Assembly (NCBI GenBank): GCA_965246955.1
Contig: CBDFGA010000004.1
Location: forward strand, 1,888,100 to 1,952,099
Source of the DNA: Chthonomonadaceae bacterium
GTDB lineage: Bacteria > Armatimonadota > Chthonomonadetes > Chthonomonadales > Chthonomonadaceae
Direction: 5' to 3'
Length of the DNA: 64,000 nucleotides
The notes under the pieces are model-generated. The model was not told where the DNA came from. It saw only the letters and a list, made by a program, of their open reading frames with translations, and searched no databases. Positions within the stretch are counted from its first letter, which is position 1; each line of letters begins with the position of its first letter. Of this stretch, positions 29,475 to 38,321 are shown one piece after another. The position numbers and the translations under genes were made by a program.

Positions 29475-29755
29475 TTTCCCGGACCACGCAGGACTTCCGG
29501 GAATTATTCAAAAATCTTCCAGTCAGAATCCAGGCGCAGGCGCGGCAAAGTTATGCGGTGTGGCAGTCTGATTCCTTTCATCCCGGCCTGCATTTTAAGC
29601 CTGTCCACAAAAGCTTTCCTGAAATATGGTCTGTCCGCATCGGCAGGAATTGCCGGGCGTTAGGGCTTCGTGAGGCGGTGGATGGACACGATACGATCTT
29701 CTGGTATTGGATCGGGCCGCATAGCGAATACGACCGCCTGCTCAAACAGTTCTAA
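29471..29755 (+). CDS. RelE/ParE-superfamily toxin (HigB-like mRNA interferase)
   Basis: Motif WSVRIGRNCRALG...WYWIGPHSEYDRLL resembles the HigB/RelE-like C-terminal H..EYD region. 94 aa. Translationally coupled to upstream ORF. Confidence 0.5.
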   Translation: MISRTTQDFRELFKNLPVRIQAQARQSYAVWQSDSFHPGLHFKPVHKSFPEIWSVRIGRNCRALGLREAVDGHDTIFWYWIGPHSEYDRLLKQF

Positions 29756-29800
29756 TGATGGGGCCGCGCTTTCGAAGCGTGGCCCTTTCCTGTTTTTTTG

Positions 29801-30082
29801 CTAATCAGGATTGCAGCAGCGTCGGCAGGAGCGGTCAATGATGAAGCGGCAGACGGCGTTCTGCTCGCTTTCGAGATCGGGATAGTCCCGCGCCGCGACT
29901 CCGCCCGCCTCCTGATACAAATCAGCGAGTTCCGCGCCTGTAAGCGTATCGGGGTAAGCGCCGTTTTCGCTAACGACATAGTTTTTCCACCCATGAATTA
30001 AATCGAGCAATCGGGTTGCGGACTGCTTGACATCCGTCTGCGCTGCAACCCTTTCCGCGATAGGCGCTGCGATTGCGCTCAT
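29801..30082 (-). CDS. Putative HicB-like antitoxin (partner of decayed hicA)
   Basis: Small ORF immediately downstream of the hicA remnant with a GAAAGGAA SD. No strong domain motif seen by eye. Confidence 0.3.
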   Translation of the reverse strand: MSAIAAPIAERVAAQTDVKQSATRLLDLIHGWKNYVVSENGAYPDTLTGAELADLYQEAGGVAARDYPDLESEQNAVCRFIIDRSCRRCCNPD

Positions 30083-30126
30083 CGTGTTCCTTTCTGTCGA
30101 AACGGATTTTCCTGTTCTGGCGCTGG

Positions 30127-30321
30127 TCAGGGGAGTTTTACCCATCCCGCTTGCTTGTAAATGCTTCGGAGGTCATCCTGGTCAATATCGCCGGAATGTA
30201 CGGGGACAGTAACTCGCGCTCCGGGCCTGTCGGGATGTTAGAAATGTTTGTGTCCGCCAGTATGCCGGTCTTCATACCAGCCATCTTTATTCAATCTTTT
30301 GATTGCCTCTTTTGCCGTTAT
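30127..30321 (-). pseudogene. hicA: hicA toxin pseudogene (start codon ATA; in-frame TAA replaces a Lys codon)
   Basis: I-TAKEAIKRLNKDGWYEDRHTGGHKHF-[TAA]-HPDRPGARVTVPVHSGDIDQDDLRSIYKQAGWVKLP aligns with HicA (GSHxxFxHPxKPG.VTVPxH). ATA sits where ATG is expected, 7 nt after GAGGAAGG. Confidence 0.65.
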
Positions 30322-30558
30322 GCCGGCCCCTTCCTCTACTGCAACTCTCCCTGCGATTATTATGCGCGGGTTCTGCCTGCGTGTCAAGCGGGCCGACGCG
30401 AAAAAAAACGAAATGGCACGGAATAGAGTATAATAAATTACAGGGATAGAATCGTAGATTTCTGGTGGCGCGGCGCGGTGTTCGCAGGCCGTCCGAATCG
30501 CCTGATCGGGCAACGCAGGCCCGAAAGCGTCGTTTCCACTGCGCAAAAGGAGGCGGTC

Positions 30559-31155
30559 ATGTCTCTGTTTATCGCTTTACTGGTCCTTGGACTAATCGGG
30601 ATGCTGCTGATGGCGATTCCCGGCCTGAATCACGGACACGCGGGAATAGGCTCCCACGTTCCGCCGCACGTTCCGCGCCTGCCCGCCGCGCCCCACGCCG
30701 CCGCGCATCATACGCTGCCCGCCGGACAAAGCTCGTCCCTGACGCGCTTTATCCCCTCGCCCCGCGTGATTTTCGGATTTCTGGCGCTGTACGGCGCTTT
30801 TGGCAATGCGTTTGAGAAAGCGGGGCATTTGCCCGTTTCGCTGGCGGCGCTGGCGGCCATTGTCCCGGCGTTTTTGCTGGAGCGGTACGCGCTCAGTCCT
30901 TTTTGGAACCGCCTGATGGCCTTTCAGGGAACGCCCTGCGCCCCGCTGGAAACACTGGTGATGTGCGAGGCCAAAGCGGTCACGCCGTTCCGCAACGGGC
31001 GTGGCATGGTCAGCGTGGTGTACGAAAACCGACTGGTGCAAATGCGGGCGGACTTGCTGCCCGCCCAAATAGCAATGCCCGTCCGCGTGGGCGACACGCT
31101 GCGGGTCGAAGAAATTGACGGCAAGAATGAGCGGGTCGTGGTCTCGCTAGCATAG
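30559..31155 (+). CDS. NfeD-like membrane protein (stomatin/flotillin operon partner)
   Basis: N-terminal TM helices. C-terminal OB-fold beta region (GMVSVVYENRLVQMRADLL..VGDTLRVEEIDGKNERVVVS). AAAAGGAGG SD. Confidence 0.65.
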   Translation: MSLFIALLVLGLIGMLLMAIPGLNHGHAGIGSHVPPHVPRLPAAPHAAAHHTLPAGQSSSLTRFIPSPRVIFGFLALYGAFGNAFEKAGHLPVSLAALAAIVPAFLLERYALSPFWNRLMAFQGTPCAPLETLVMCEAKAVTPFRNGRGMVSVVYENRLVQMRADLLPAQIAMPVRVGDTLRVEEIDGKNERVVVSLA

Positions 31156-31281
31156 AAAACAGAAAACAGAAAACAGAAAACAGAAGAAAATGCCCGGTCT
31201 GCCAACGTTTCAATCGAAGCGCAAACTTTCCAAACTCGGAACGCCCTTCTGTATTCTGTTTTCTGTTTTCTGTCTTCTTCC
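31152..31281. repeat. MITE-like element, family F (GAAAACA heptad arms)
   Basis: tagaaaacagaaaacagaaaacagaaaacagaag ... cttctgtattctgttttctgttttctgtcttc. Fills the nfeD-flotillin gap. Confidence 0.8.
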
Positions 31282-31298
31282 CCGAAGGAGATACTACA

Positions 31299-32702
31299 AT
31301 GGACGGTGGAATAAGCGCATTGATTTTGCTGGGCGGCGTGTTGCTGGCGGTCTTTGTCGCGACGGCGGTTATCGCCACGACTTTTTTGCGGAGCGTGGAC
31401 GCGGGAGAAATCCTGCTTGTTTCGTGGCTGGGGCGGCGGGGGCAGCAGATTTTTCGAGGTCCTAAAAAAGCGTTTGTCGTCCCTATTTTCACGCAGGTGC
31501 GTTCGATCCCCGCGCAGGCGATCAACGTGGACATTGAGATTACCGATCAGACGGCGGACTTGGACGCGAACGGCAGGCCCGCCCCCGTCAAGGTGACCGT
31601 GCGGGCGTCGGCGATTGTTTCGGTGGGTGAAGATGAAACGATGGTGAACACCGCCGCCAACAAATTCTTCTCCAAAAACGGCGGGGAGCAGTTAAGCACT
31701 CTGACGGACGTGCTTTCGTCCGCCGGTCGCCGCGCCATCAACCTGCTGAAGCACGACCAACTTTTCAGCATAAGAACGACTTCCCCGACCGCCTCGGCGC
31801 TGATGGTAGGGCCGGAAACGGCGCTGACTTCGCAGAACGCAGGAATGATCGCAATGGCGGCGCGGGGCGACGACGACGAACTGGCGGTCATCATCAAGGA
31901 CGCCTGCTCGCGGGAACTGCTCGATCTGGGGCTGACGTTCAATAGTCTGAACATCAAGGCCGTTTTAAGCGAAGTGGCGGAAGCCCGCCGCCGCGAATCT
32001 GCCGCCCGCGCTAAGGCCAGCGCCGACGTGGTGCAGGCGCAGGAGGAACAGCGGGCGCGGATTGCCCAGCTGGAAGCGCAGCAGAAAGTCAACGATCAGG
32101 AGCGCAACCTGAATATGCAGATCGCGGCGAACGGGGCCTCGATTGCCCGCGCCGAAGCGGAGAAGCAGGCGGCATTCCGGGAACAGCGCGAGGCGGAACT
32201 CAACGCAAGCCAGATTACGAAGGCCCGCGCTGACGCCGAACAGAACGTGATTCAGCAGGAAGCGGAGGGACGGGCGCAGGCCGCTCGCATTAGCGCCATC
32301 GCCGAAGCGGAAGCGGGCGCGATTCGCCTGAAAGCGCAGGCTTTGGCGGACGCCGGGCAGGGCTACTTCGACCTGCGCCGTTTGGAACTCGCCCCGGCGC
32401 TGACCCGCGAAGTGGCGTCGGCATTGGGCAACGGGCAGTTCATCAACTTTGGCTCAACCGGCGCGGGCGGCACGAGCGCGGCGACTTCGGGTACGGACGA
32501 CGTTCTGCGCGTGGTGCAGACCCTGATTGCGGCGCAGGCGGTCAACTTCAACGGTCAAAACAACGGCGGCAATGGGAATGGCAACGGAAATAATTCCCGC
32601 CCGCTGGCCCTGCCCGACGACACGGAAATTGACCAACTGACCAACGGCGTCCCGAACCGCCCGACCGTCCCGGCAGTCGCCAAAAACACCTTTCGGAAGT
32701 GA
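31299..32702 (+). CDS. Flotillin-like SPFH/band-7 protein
   Basis: N-terminal TM, SPFH domain, long Ala/Glu/Gln-rich coiled coil typical of flotillins (YuaG/FloT-like). Confidence 0.85.
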   Translation: MDGGISALILLGGVLLAVFVATAVIATTFLRSVDAGEILLVSWLGRRGQQIFRGPKKAFVVPIFTQVRSIPAQAINVDIEITDQTADLDANGRPAPVKVTVRASAIVSVGEDETMVNTAANKFFSKNGGEQLSTLTDVLSSAGRRAINLLKHDQLFSIRTTSPTASALMVGPETALTSQNAGMIAMAARGDDDELAVIIKDACSRELLDLGLTFNSLNIKAVLSEVAEARRRESAARAKASADVVQAQEEQRARIAQLEAQQKVNDQERNLNMQIAANGASIARAEAEKQAAFREQREAELNASQITKARADAEQNVIQQEAEGRAQAARISAIAEAEAGAIRLKAQALADAGQGYFDLRRLELAPALTREVASALGNGQFINFGSTGAGGTSAATSGTDDVLRVVQTLIAAQAVNFNGQNNGGNGNGNGNNSRPLALPDDTEIDQLTNGVPNRPTVPAVAKNTFRK

Positions 32703-32705
32703 CGC

Positions 32706-32981
32706 GTGGATTTCACGTGGGATGAGACAAAAGCGCAGGTGAACGCGGCAAAACACGGCGTGGCATTCGAAGAAGCGAAAACGGTTTTCGATGACCCACT
32801 TTTCATAGATTTTTATGACGCAAACCATTCGGAGGCCGAGGAGCGTTATCTTATCGTGGGACGCTCCTCGGCAGACCGAATCCTTATCGTTTCGTACACG
32901 GAGCGCAACGGCGAAACGCGCCTTATCAGCGCCCGCGATACCACGCCCCGCGAACGTCGTGATTATCAGAGGGGAAGTTAA
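32706..32981 (+). CDS. brnT: BrnT-family toxin (DUF497)
   Basis: FTWDETKAQVNAAKHGVAFEEAKTVFDDP...RLISARDTTPRERRDYQ matches the BrnT signature. Confidence 0.8.
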   Translation: MDFTWDETKAQVNAAKHGVAFEEAKTVFDDPLFIDFYDANHSEAEERYLIVGRSSADRILIVSYTERNGETRLISARDTTPRERRDYQRGS

Positions 32982-32985
32982 GACG

Positions 32986-33195
32986 ATGGAAGACGAACTT
33001 GAACCGGAATATGATTTAATGGCTTTAAAAGTGCGACGCATGGGAGCGCAGCGGGAGCGTTTCGGCAACGCCGCTGTGATGCTTGAACCCGATGTGGCGC
33101 TGGCTTTTCCGAATGCCACAGCCGTCAATGAAGCGTTGCGCTTCCTGATTCGCGTCACGAAAGACAACGCCAATACGCGGCAAGAAGCGGCTTGA
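32986..33195 (+). CDS. brnA: BrnA-like antitoxin (RHH/CopG-like)
   Basis: Immediately downstream of brnT. C-terminal AVNEALRFLIRVT motif shared with the fused copy at 37535. Confidence 0.65.
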   Translation: MEDELEPEYDLMALKVRRMGAQRERFGNAAVMLEPDVALAFPNATAVNEALRFLIRVTKDNANTRQEAA

Positions 33196-33255
33196 CTGCC
33201 AAATTCCCTCAGAGTCAGGCGAAAAACGCCAGCGTTGGGATTCAGGAGAAATCAC

Positions 33256-33699
33256 ATGATAGGCCGAGAGCGACGCGATTTGTATGCGGAACACCTGCGG
33301 CATTTCGCGGCAGGCAGGACGACCGATGATGAATACATAACGCTCACGGAAGATTTGTTTTATGATACCCCGGACTATTCTGTTGTCGCTATATATTACA
33401 GCATTAGTTTACCTCATGCTGTTTTTCGGATGAAGAAAATCCAGGGGAAATTGCGCCTGACGGAGAAGGCGCGAAAAACGGTGGCGCGTTGCGTCCTGTT
33501 TCTCCATTCCGACAGAGAATATGAACTCCCCAAAATGTCGGCGCAAGGGCGCTTGCTGGATATTTTGACGCTTGGTTGTTGGAGGGATCAATTAGAAACA
33601 AGATTGATCAACGAGTCCGATTGCTGGCCTTTTCTGTGCCACGAAGATTTAGAAACGGCGAAGCGGACACCGAAGTTTTTTGCGCGGCAGGCGGCCTGA
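33256..33699 (+). CDS. Hypothetical protein
   Basis: AGGAGA SD 7 nt before ATG. Lower-GC islet. Confidence 0.45.
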   Translation: MIGRERRDLYAEHLRHFAAGRTTDDEYITLTEDLFYDTPDYSVVAIYYSISLPHAVFRMKKIQGKLRLTEKARKTVARCVLFLHSDREYELPKMSAQGRLLDILTLGCWRDQLETRLINESDCWPFLCHEDLETAKRTPKFFARQAA

Positions 33700-33721
33700 T
33701 TGACTCATAAAAAGAAAGGCG

Positions 33722-34099
33722 GTGAGTATGGTCGACAATAGAAAATTTTGCGTTATAAGTGCGCTGCTATTTCTTGTGGCTGGTTGTAGCTCAACTAAAA
33801 TTGCTGACACAGCCTCATCAGGCGCACAGCAAAATTCGTCGGTTGCTCAATCCCAAGGTCAACCACCGAAAGCGACCACTAAAGTTTTGGGACAACAGAA
33901 TCACAAAAAAATGCAAATGACATTTGATGCGCCCGAAGGACTTCTTCTTGGCGATGAATTGACGACCAGTGATGCCGTGCATCGTTATGACATTATTTGC
34001 TTGGAAAGAGTCGAAAAGCATAAAGTACTGATGCGTGTTCTCTCGCTTCAAGAAACCGACGATTATAAAGGCAAAAAGCTTCGAAGTAGACAAGGATGA
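33722..34099 (+). CDS. Hypothetical lipoprotein
   Basis: Lipobox LVAGC. AT-rich codon usage atypical for the window. Confidence 0.5.
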   Translation: MSMVDNRKFCVISALLFLVAGCSSTKIADTASSGAQQNSSVAQSQGQPPKATTKVLGQQNHKKMQMTFDAPEGLLLGDELTTSDAVHRYDIICLERVEKHKVLMRVLSLQETDDYKGKKLRSRQG

Positions 34100-34187
34100 C
34101 CAAACAGGAACGCTCACATACACTGAAATCAAATAATGACTGCCTGCGGAATGTGTCAAGCATTTTGAGACAAAAAGGTGATATTTT

Positions 34188-35147
34188 TTAATGTACTTTC
34201 GGATCAGTCTCCGCTGTCTGCGGTTCGACCCGATTGATACACACTTGCTCATGCAGCGGCAAGACTTTGGGCGCTCCTTTGGAGAAACGACCCGGCTTGC
34301 GGGCATACGCTTGCTCTAAAGTTTCCTGCCGCGCCTGCTGAACGGCAGCGGCTTTTCCCATGTGAACCATTTCCGGGGTCAGCAACGCAATGCCGGTATG
34401 GTACTGCTGCGTGTTATAGAACGTCAGAAACGCCGCGCAAAACGTCCGCGCTTCCGCAATGCTATCAAAATGACCGGGAAACTGAGGCGCATATTTCACC
34501 GTCTTGAACTGCGCCTCCGAAAACGGGTTGTCATTGGAAACGCGCGGACGCGAGTGCGAACGGGTCACGCCCAGATCACAAAGCAACTCCGAAACCGTTT
34601 TAGAGACCATCGGCCCGCCCCGATCCGCATGAAGGGTGAGCGCATCGCGAGAAATCCCGTGACGCTGGCAGGCCGTTTCGATCAGTTGCGCCGCCAGATG
34701 TTGACACTCCCGTTCGGAGACAAGCCAGCCGACCACGCAGCGACTGAAAATATCCAGCACGACATACAGGCGGTATCCCTGTCCTTTGGCGGGGCCGCGC
34801 AGTTTGGTGATGTCCCACGTCCACACCTGGTTGGGCGCGGTGGCGAGAAGCACGGGGCGGGTATGTTTTTGGTGGCGCGATTGCCGCCTCCTTTCGGCAA
34901 CCTGTTTGTTTTCGCGCAAAAGCCGATACATCGTCGCGATTGAGGCCAAATAGCAGCCTTCGTCGAGCAACGCGGCGTAAACCTGGCGAACCGACCGATC
35001 CAAAAAGCGTTCCGAGTGCAGATGCGCGAGCAGTTCCGCTTTTTCCGCCGCCGAAAGGCTTTGGGACGTTGAATTTGTCCGCAGTCCCAAAACCAACTGA
35101 CCGCCGTTTCGCTGACGATAGAAAGTCGCCCGGCTTTTGCCCACCAC
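34188..35147 (-). CDS. IS3 transposase OrfB (DDE integrase core)
   Basis: rve domain motifs (WTWDITKL, YVVLDIFSRCVVGW, HADRGGPM, SRPRVSNDNPFSE). Confidence 0.85.
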   Translation of the reverse strand: MVGKSRATFYRQRNGGQLVLGLRTNSTSQSLSAAEKAELLAHLHSERFLDRSVRQVYAALLDEGCYLASIATMYRLLRENKQVAERRRQSRHQKHTRPVLLATAPNQVWTWDITKLRGPAKGQGYRLYVVLDIFSRCVVGWLVSERECQHLAAQLIETACQRHGISRDALTLHADRGGPMVSKTVSELLCDLGVTRSHSRPRVSNDNPFSEAQFKTVKYAPQFPGHFDSIAEARTFCAAFLTFYNTQQYHTGIALLTPEMVHMGKAAAVQQARQETLEQAYARKPGRFSKGAPKVLPLHEQVCINRVEPQTAETDPKVH

Positions 35148-35203
35148 CGCGCAGGCTCTTTTGATGCCCGTGAAGCGCGCGGTCTCTGCGATGAACGACG
35201 CGG

Positions 35204-35587
35204 CTATCCGGTCGGCAGCGTGAGGTTCATCAAGTCGGAAAGTTTTTTTTGGAGTTCCACGAGCGCTTTGAGTTTTTGGTTCTCCAACTGGAGGGCTTGC
35301 AGAGTTCGGGCGTCCTGCTGGCGTTGGGCTGCTCGCTCTTTTCGCTTCTGCTTTTGGCGCGGGTCATTTTGGGCGACGAGTTTTCCCTCTTCGTACTGCT
35401 TTCGAAAGGAAGCGAGAGTGGAAGAGTAAATGGCCTCGCGGCGCAGGATGGTTCCGAGTTGTCCGCGCTCGGTGCATTGGTCGGCTTCGCGCAGGATGCG
35501 AAGTTTGTCGGCGACGGTGAAGCGGCGGCGGCTGGCAGGCTGGCTGACGTGCGGGTCAGGCAACAGGCGGATATTCAGGTCAGACAT
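35204..35587 (-). CDS. IS3 transposase OrfA (HTH)
   Basis: HTH_Tnp_1-like N-terminus, leucine-zipper-like C-terminus (LQLENQKLKALVELQKKL). Confidence 0.85.
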   Translation of the reverse strand: MSDLNIRLLPDPHVSQPASRRRFTVADKLRILREADQCTERGQLGTILRREAIYSSTLASFRKQYEEGKLVAQNDPRQKQKRKERAAQRQQDARTLQALQLENQKLKALVELQKKLSDLMNLTLPTG

Positions 35588-35844
35588 GGATGGATCACTT
35601 TCTCGCCCTGAGAAATCTACACTATTTTTGGTACGGGCTTCTGTCTCACTCTATTCTGACACATAGGGCTGCGTGTCGTGGACAACAAACTGCGCGAGAC
35701 TTCGCAACATCAGTTTTACGTTGCGCCCGACGGTTTCGGCGGTCACAAAAACCACGTGTCGGAAATTACCTAATTCCCGCCCCCTCCTTGATTTGTTCGC
35801 TACGCTCACAGGAAGGGGGAGAGAATTCATTGGACTTAAAAAGT

Positions 35845-36408
35845 ATGACGAATTATTATTTTGTGCGCGTTAATGGGCAAAGCGATCATAACAATCCGGG
35901 TAACGCCTTATTCTATGTGCCGAACGAACCACCGGCTTATCCAAAAACAAAATTTAATTACCTGAAGTTTTGTCTTGAGTATGAAGTCGTTCGTATTGGC
36001 TGGCCTGATACTGGCGACCTATCAGCCGATGGCGCGAACAAATTGGCGCATGGCTATGACCTCAACACGATAAAGTCTTATGAGCGAAAATATTTAGAGA
36101 AATTTTGCCGTATTCCAGTTGGAAGCATAATTCTTGTTCCTGACGTGGACAAATCGGGCGATCTCTATATTGGGGTGACCACAGGTTCATATCGCTACCA
36201 CTACGACATACCACAGGAGCCTTATGAGTGCGCTCATCGTATAAATGTTCAATGGGACAAAGGGCGCGACGGCCGGCCGAAAACATATACAACCGAACAA
36301 CTCACTATGCAACGAAGCGGCATTTGGCGCAAGGCTTTTCAACAGTTGAATGGCATTCCCACCGGGCGAATTGTCATCCCGCACATTGAGAAGGCTCGAT
36401 TAGATTAA
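35845..36408 (+). CDS. Hypothetical protein (lower-GC islet)
   Basis: ATG with GGGGGAGAG SD. No recognised motif. Confidence 0.45.
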   Translation: MTNYYFVRVNGQSDHNNPGNALFYVPNEPPAYPKTKFNYLKFCLEYEVVRIGWPDTGDLSADGANKLAHGYDLNTIKSYERKYLEKFCRIPVGSIILVPDVDKSGDLYIGVTTGSYRYHYDIPQEPYECAHRINVQWDKGRDGRPKTYTTEQLTMQRSGIWRKAFQQLNGIPTGRIVIPHIEKARLD

Positions 36409-36418
36409 AGGGAATATC

Positions 36419-37498
36419 GTGCAGACATTGATGGGGTTGAATACAAAAGAATTAGAGCAGGTCGCGCAGGAGTTGGGGCAGCCCGCCTATCGGGGGCGGC
36501 AGATCGCTTCCTGGATTTACAAGCGGGGCGCAGAGTCGTTTGAGGCCATGTTGGACTTGCCGCGCGAGTTTCGGACGCGGCTGGAAAATCAGTGCGCGGT
36601 CGGGGCTTTGGATGTCGCGCACCGGGACGAGTCGGCGGACGAGACGGTGAAATACGTGATGTCGCTGTGGGACGAGCAGACGATTGAGAGCGTGTACCTG
36701 CCCTATGCCGAGCGCGTTTCCGTTTGCCTTTCCACGCAGGTCGGGTGCGCCGCTGGCTGCACTTTCTGCGCGACGGCGCAGGGCGGGCTTTCGCGGAACC
36801 TGACGGCGGGCGAGATTGTCGGGCAGTTTTTGAAGATGCAGGCGGTCAGCGAGCGGCGAATCTCCCACGCGGTCTATATGGGAATGGGCGAACCGCTGTG
36901 GAATTACGAAAATACGGTGAAAAGCCTGCGGCTTATCGGGGAAGAAATCGGCGTTTCGCTGCGCAATCTGACCGTCTCGACCGTCGGCGTCGTTCCGGGC
37001 ATCCTGGCGCTGGCAAAGGAAACGATTCCGATTACGCTGGCCCTCTCGCTCCACGCCCCCAACGACGAACTCCGGGCTAAACTGATTCCGACGGCGCGAA
37101 AATGGAAACTCGACGAAATTCTGGACGCCTGCGACGTATACACTAAAAATACCGGGCGCGACCTGACCTTTGAATACCTGCTGATTGGCGGCGTCAATGA
37201 CAGCGCGGAACACGCCCGCGAACTGGCGGCGCTTTTAAAGCGTAAAAAATTGCCGGGTAACGTCAACCTGATCCCGTTCAATTATGTTGAAACATCGCAG
37301 GGTTTTCGACGTCCTGAAAAAGAGAATATCGTTCGTTTCCGCGCCGAACTGGAAAAAGCGGGGCGCGTCGCTACCCAGCGCATGACGCGGGGACACGCTA
37401 TCGCCGCCGCTTGCGGACAGTTGCGCCGCGAAGTCAGCAAACACGCGCCCGCCCCGCGCCGTATAGAAAACGTGATACCGCTACAGGCCAATGGATAA
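36419..37498 (+). CDS. rlmN: 23S rRNA (adenine2503-C2)-methyltransferase RlmN (radical SAM)
   Basis: CxxxCxxC radical-SAM motif (CAAGCTFCATAQ), RlmN N-terminal region. GTG start. Confidence 0.9.
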   Translation: MQTLMGLNTKELEQVAQELGQPAYRGRQIASWIYKRGAESFEAMLDLPREFRTRLENQCAVGALDVAHRDESADETVKYVMSLWDEQTIESVYLPYAERVSVCLSTQVGCAAGCTFCATAQGGLSRNLTAGEIVGQFLKMQAVSERRISHAVYMGMGEPLWNYENTVKSLRLIGEEIGVSLRNLTVSTVGVVPGILALAKETIPITLALSLHAPNDELRAKLIPTARKWKLDEILDACDVYTKNTGRDLTFEYLLIGGVNDSAEHARELAALLKRKKLPGNVNLIPFNYVETSQGFRRPEKENIVRFRAELEKAGRVATQRMTRGHAIAAACGQLRREVSKHAPAPRRIENVIPLQANG

Positions 37499-37534
37499 TC
37501 TCAGCCAGATTCAAGATCACACGGAAAACTCAGT

Positions 37535-38035
37535 ATGGAATTTGAGTGGGATGAAACGAAAGCGCAGACTAATTTTGTGAAGCATGGCGTCACTTTCTAC
37601 GAGGCGCAGGAGATTTTTGATGATCCACTTTCCGGGCTTTTGTCTGACCCGGATCATTCGAACGAAGAAAAACGCTCTGTTATTATTGGCATGACCGACA
37701 AAAACCGCCTGCTTTTTGTTTCGTTTGCCGAGCGGGATGAGACAATACGCATCATCAGCGCCCGCGAAGCAACGCGCAAAGAAAACGCTATGAGGATCAA
37801 CCCTGAATCGGATTTAGACGATGAATTGCGCCCGGAATATAACGAGGAAGACATGAAGAATATGACACGAGGCAAATATGTGGGCCGCGTCAAGCGAAAG
37901 TGTCCGCCGACCGTGCAGTTGGAGGCAGATGTCGTAGGCGCTTTTCCTGATGCCGCCGCAGTGAACGAGGCGCTGCGTTTCCTGATCCGCGTGACAAATC
38001 AGAATCTGAAAACTCCGCCAGGTGAGTCCGTATAA
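37535..38035 (+). CDS. BrnT toxin fused in-frame to BrnA-like antitoxin domain (single 166-aa ORF)
   Basis: N-terminal half FEWDETKAQTNFVKHGVTFYEAQEIFDDP...IISAREATRKE (BrnT). C-terminal half ...ELRPEYNEED...AVNEALRFLIRVT (BrnA-like). No stop between them. Confidence 0.7.
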   Translation: MEFEWDETKAQTNFVKHGVTFYEAQEIFDDPLSGLLSDPDHSNEEKRSVIIGMTDKNRLLFVSFAERDETIRIISAREATRKENAMRINPESDLDDELRPEYNEEDMKNMTRGKYVGRVKRKCPPTVQLEADVVGAFPDAAAVNEALRFLIRVTNQNLKTPPGESV

Positions 38036-38075
38036 GCCCGCGCCAGCCGACTGGCGCGTGGAAGCGAGAAGAGTC

Positions 38076-38321
38076 ATGACAAAAAATTGTCCCTGGTGCG
38101 GTCACGCGATGCCGCCCGATTCGATTGCGTGCGAAAAATGCAAATGGACGCGGAACCGGCCTAATATGCGGCCTGCCATTCTTGCGTATAGTTTTTTTAT
38201 TCTGCTGTGCGCCGTCCTTGCGATTGCGGCGATGCGGTGGGTCAGCAGTAATACGGGAAACACGCGCCCGCCGCTCAATGTCATAGCGCGGAATCTTATC
38301 GAAATGCGGGCGGCGAAATGA
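38076..38321 (+). CDS. Small zinc-ribbon membrane protein
   Basis: CPWCGH...CEKCKW ribbon followed by one TM helix. Confidence 0.4.
   Translation: MTKNCPWCGHAMPPDSIACEKCKWTRNRPNMRPAILAYSFFILLCAVLAIAAMRWVSSNTGNTRPPLNVIARNLIEMRAAK

Larger units (their letters stand above)
34152..35663 (-). mobile_element. IS3-family insertion sequence (orfA-orfB with A9 slippery site)
   Basis: Imperfect terminal IRs TGTGTCAAGCATTTTGAGACA / TGTCTCACTCTATTCTGACACA. orfA HTH, orfB rve integrase core. CCAAAAAAAAAC frameshift run in the orfA/orfB overlap. Confidence 0.85.

Noticed and set aside
30238-30240. Programmed stop-codon readthrough or selenocysteine in hicA
   Set aside because: The stop is TAA (not TGA). 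It coincides with a mutated start codon, so decay is the simpler reading.
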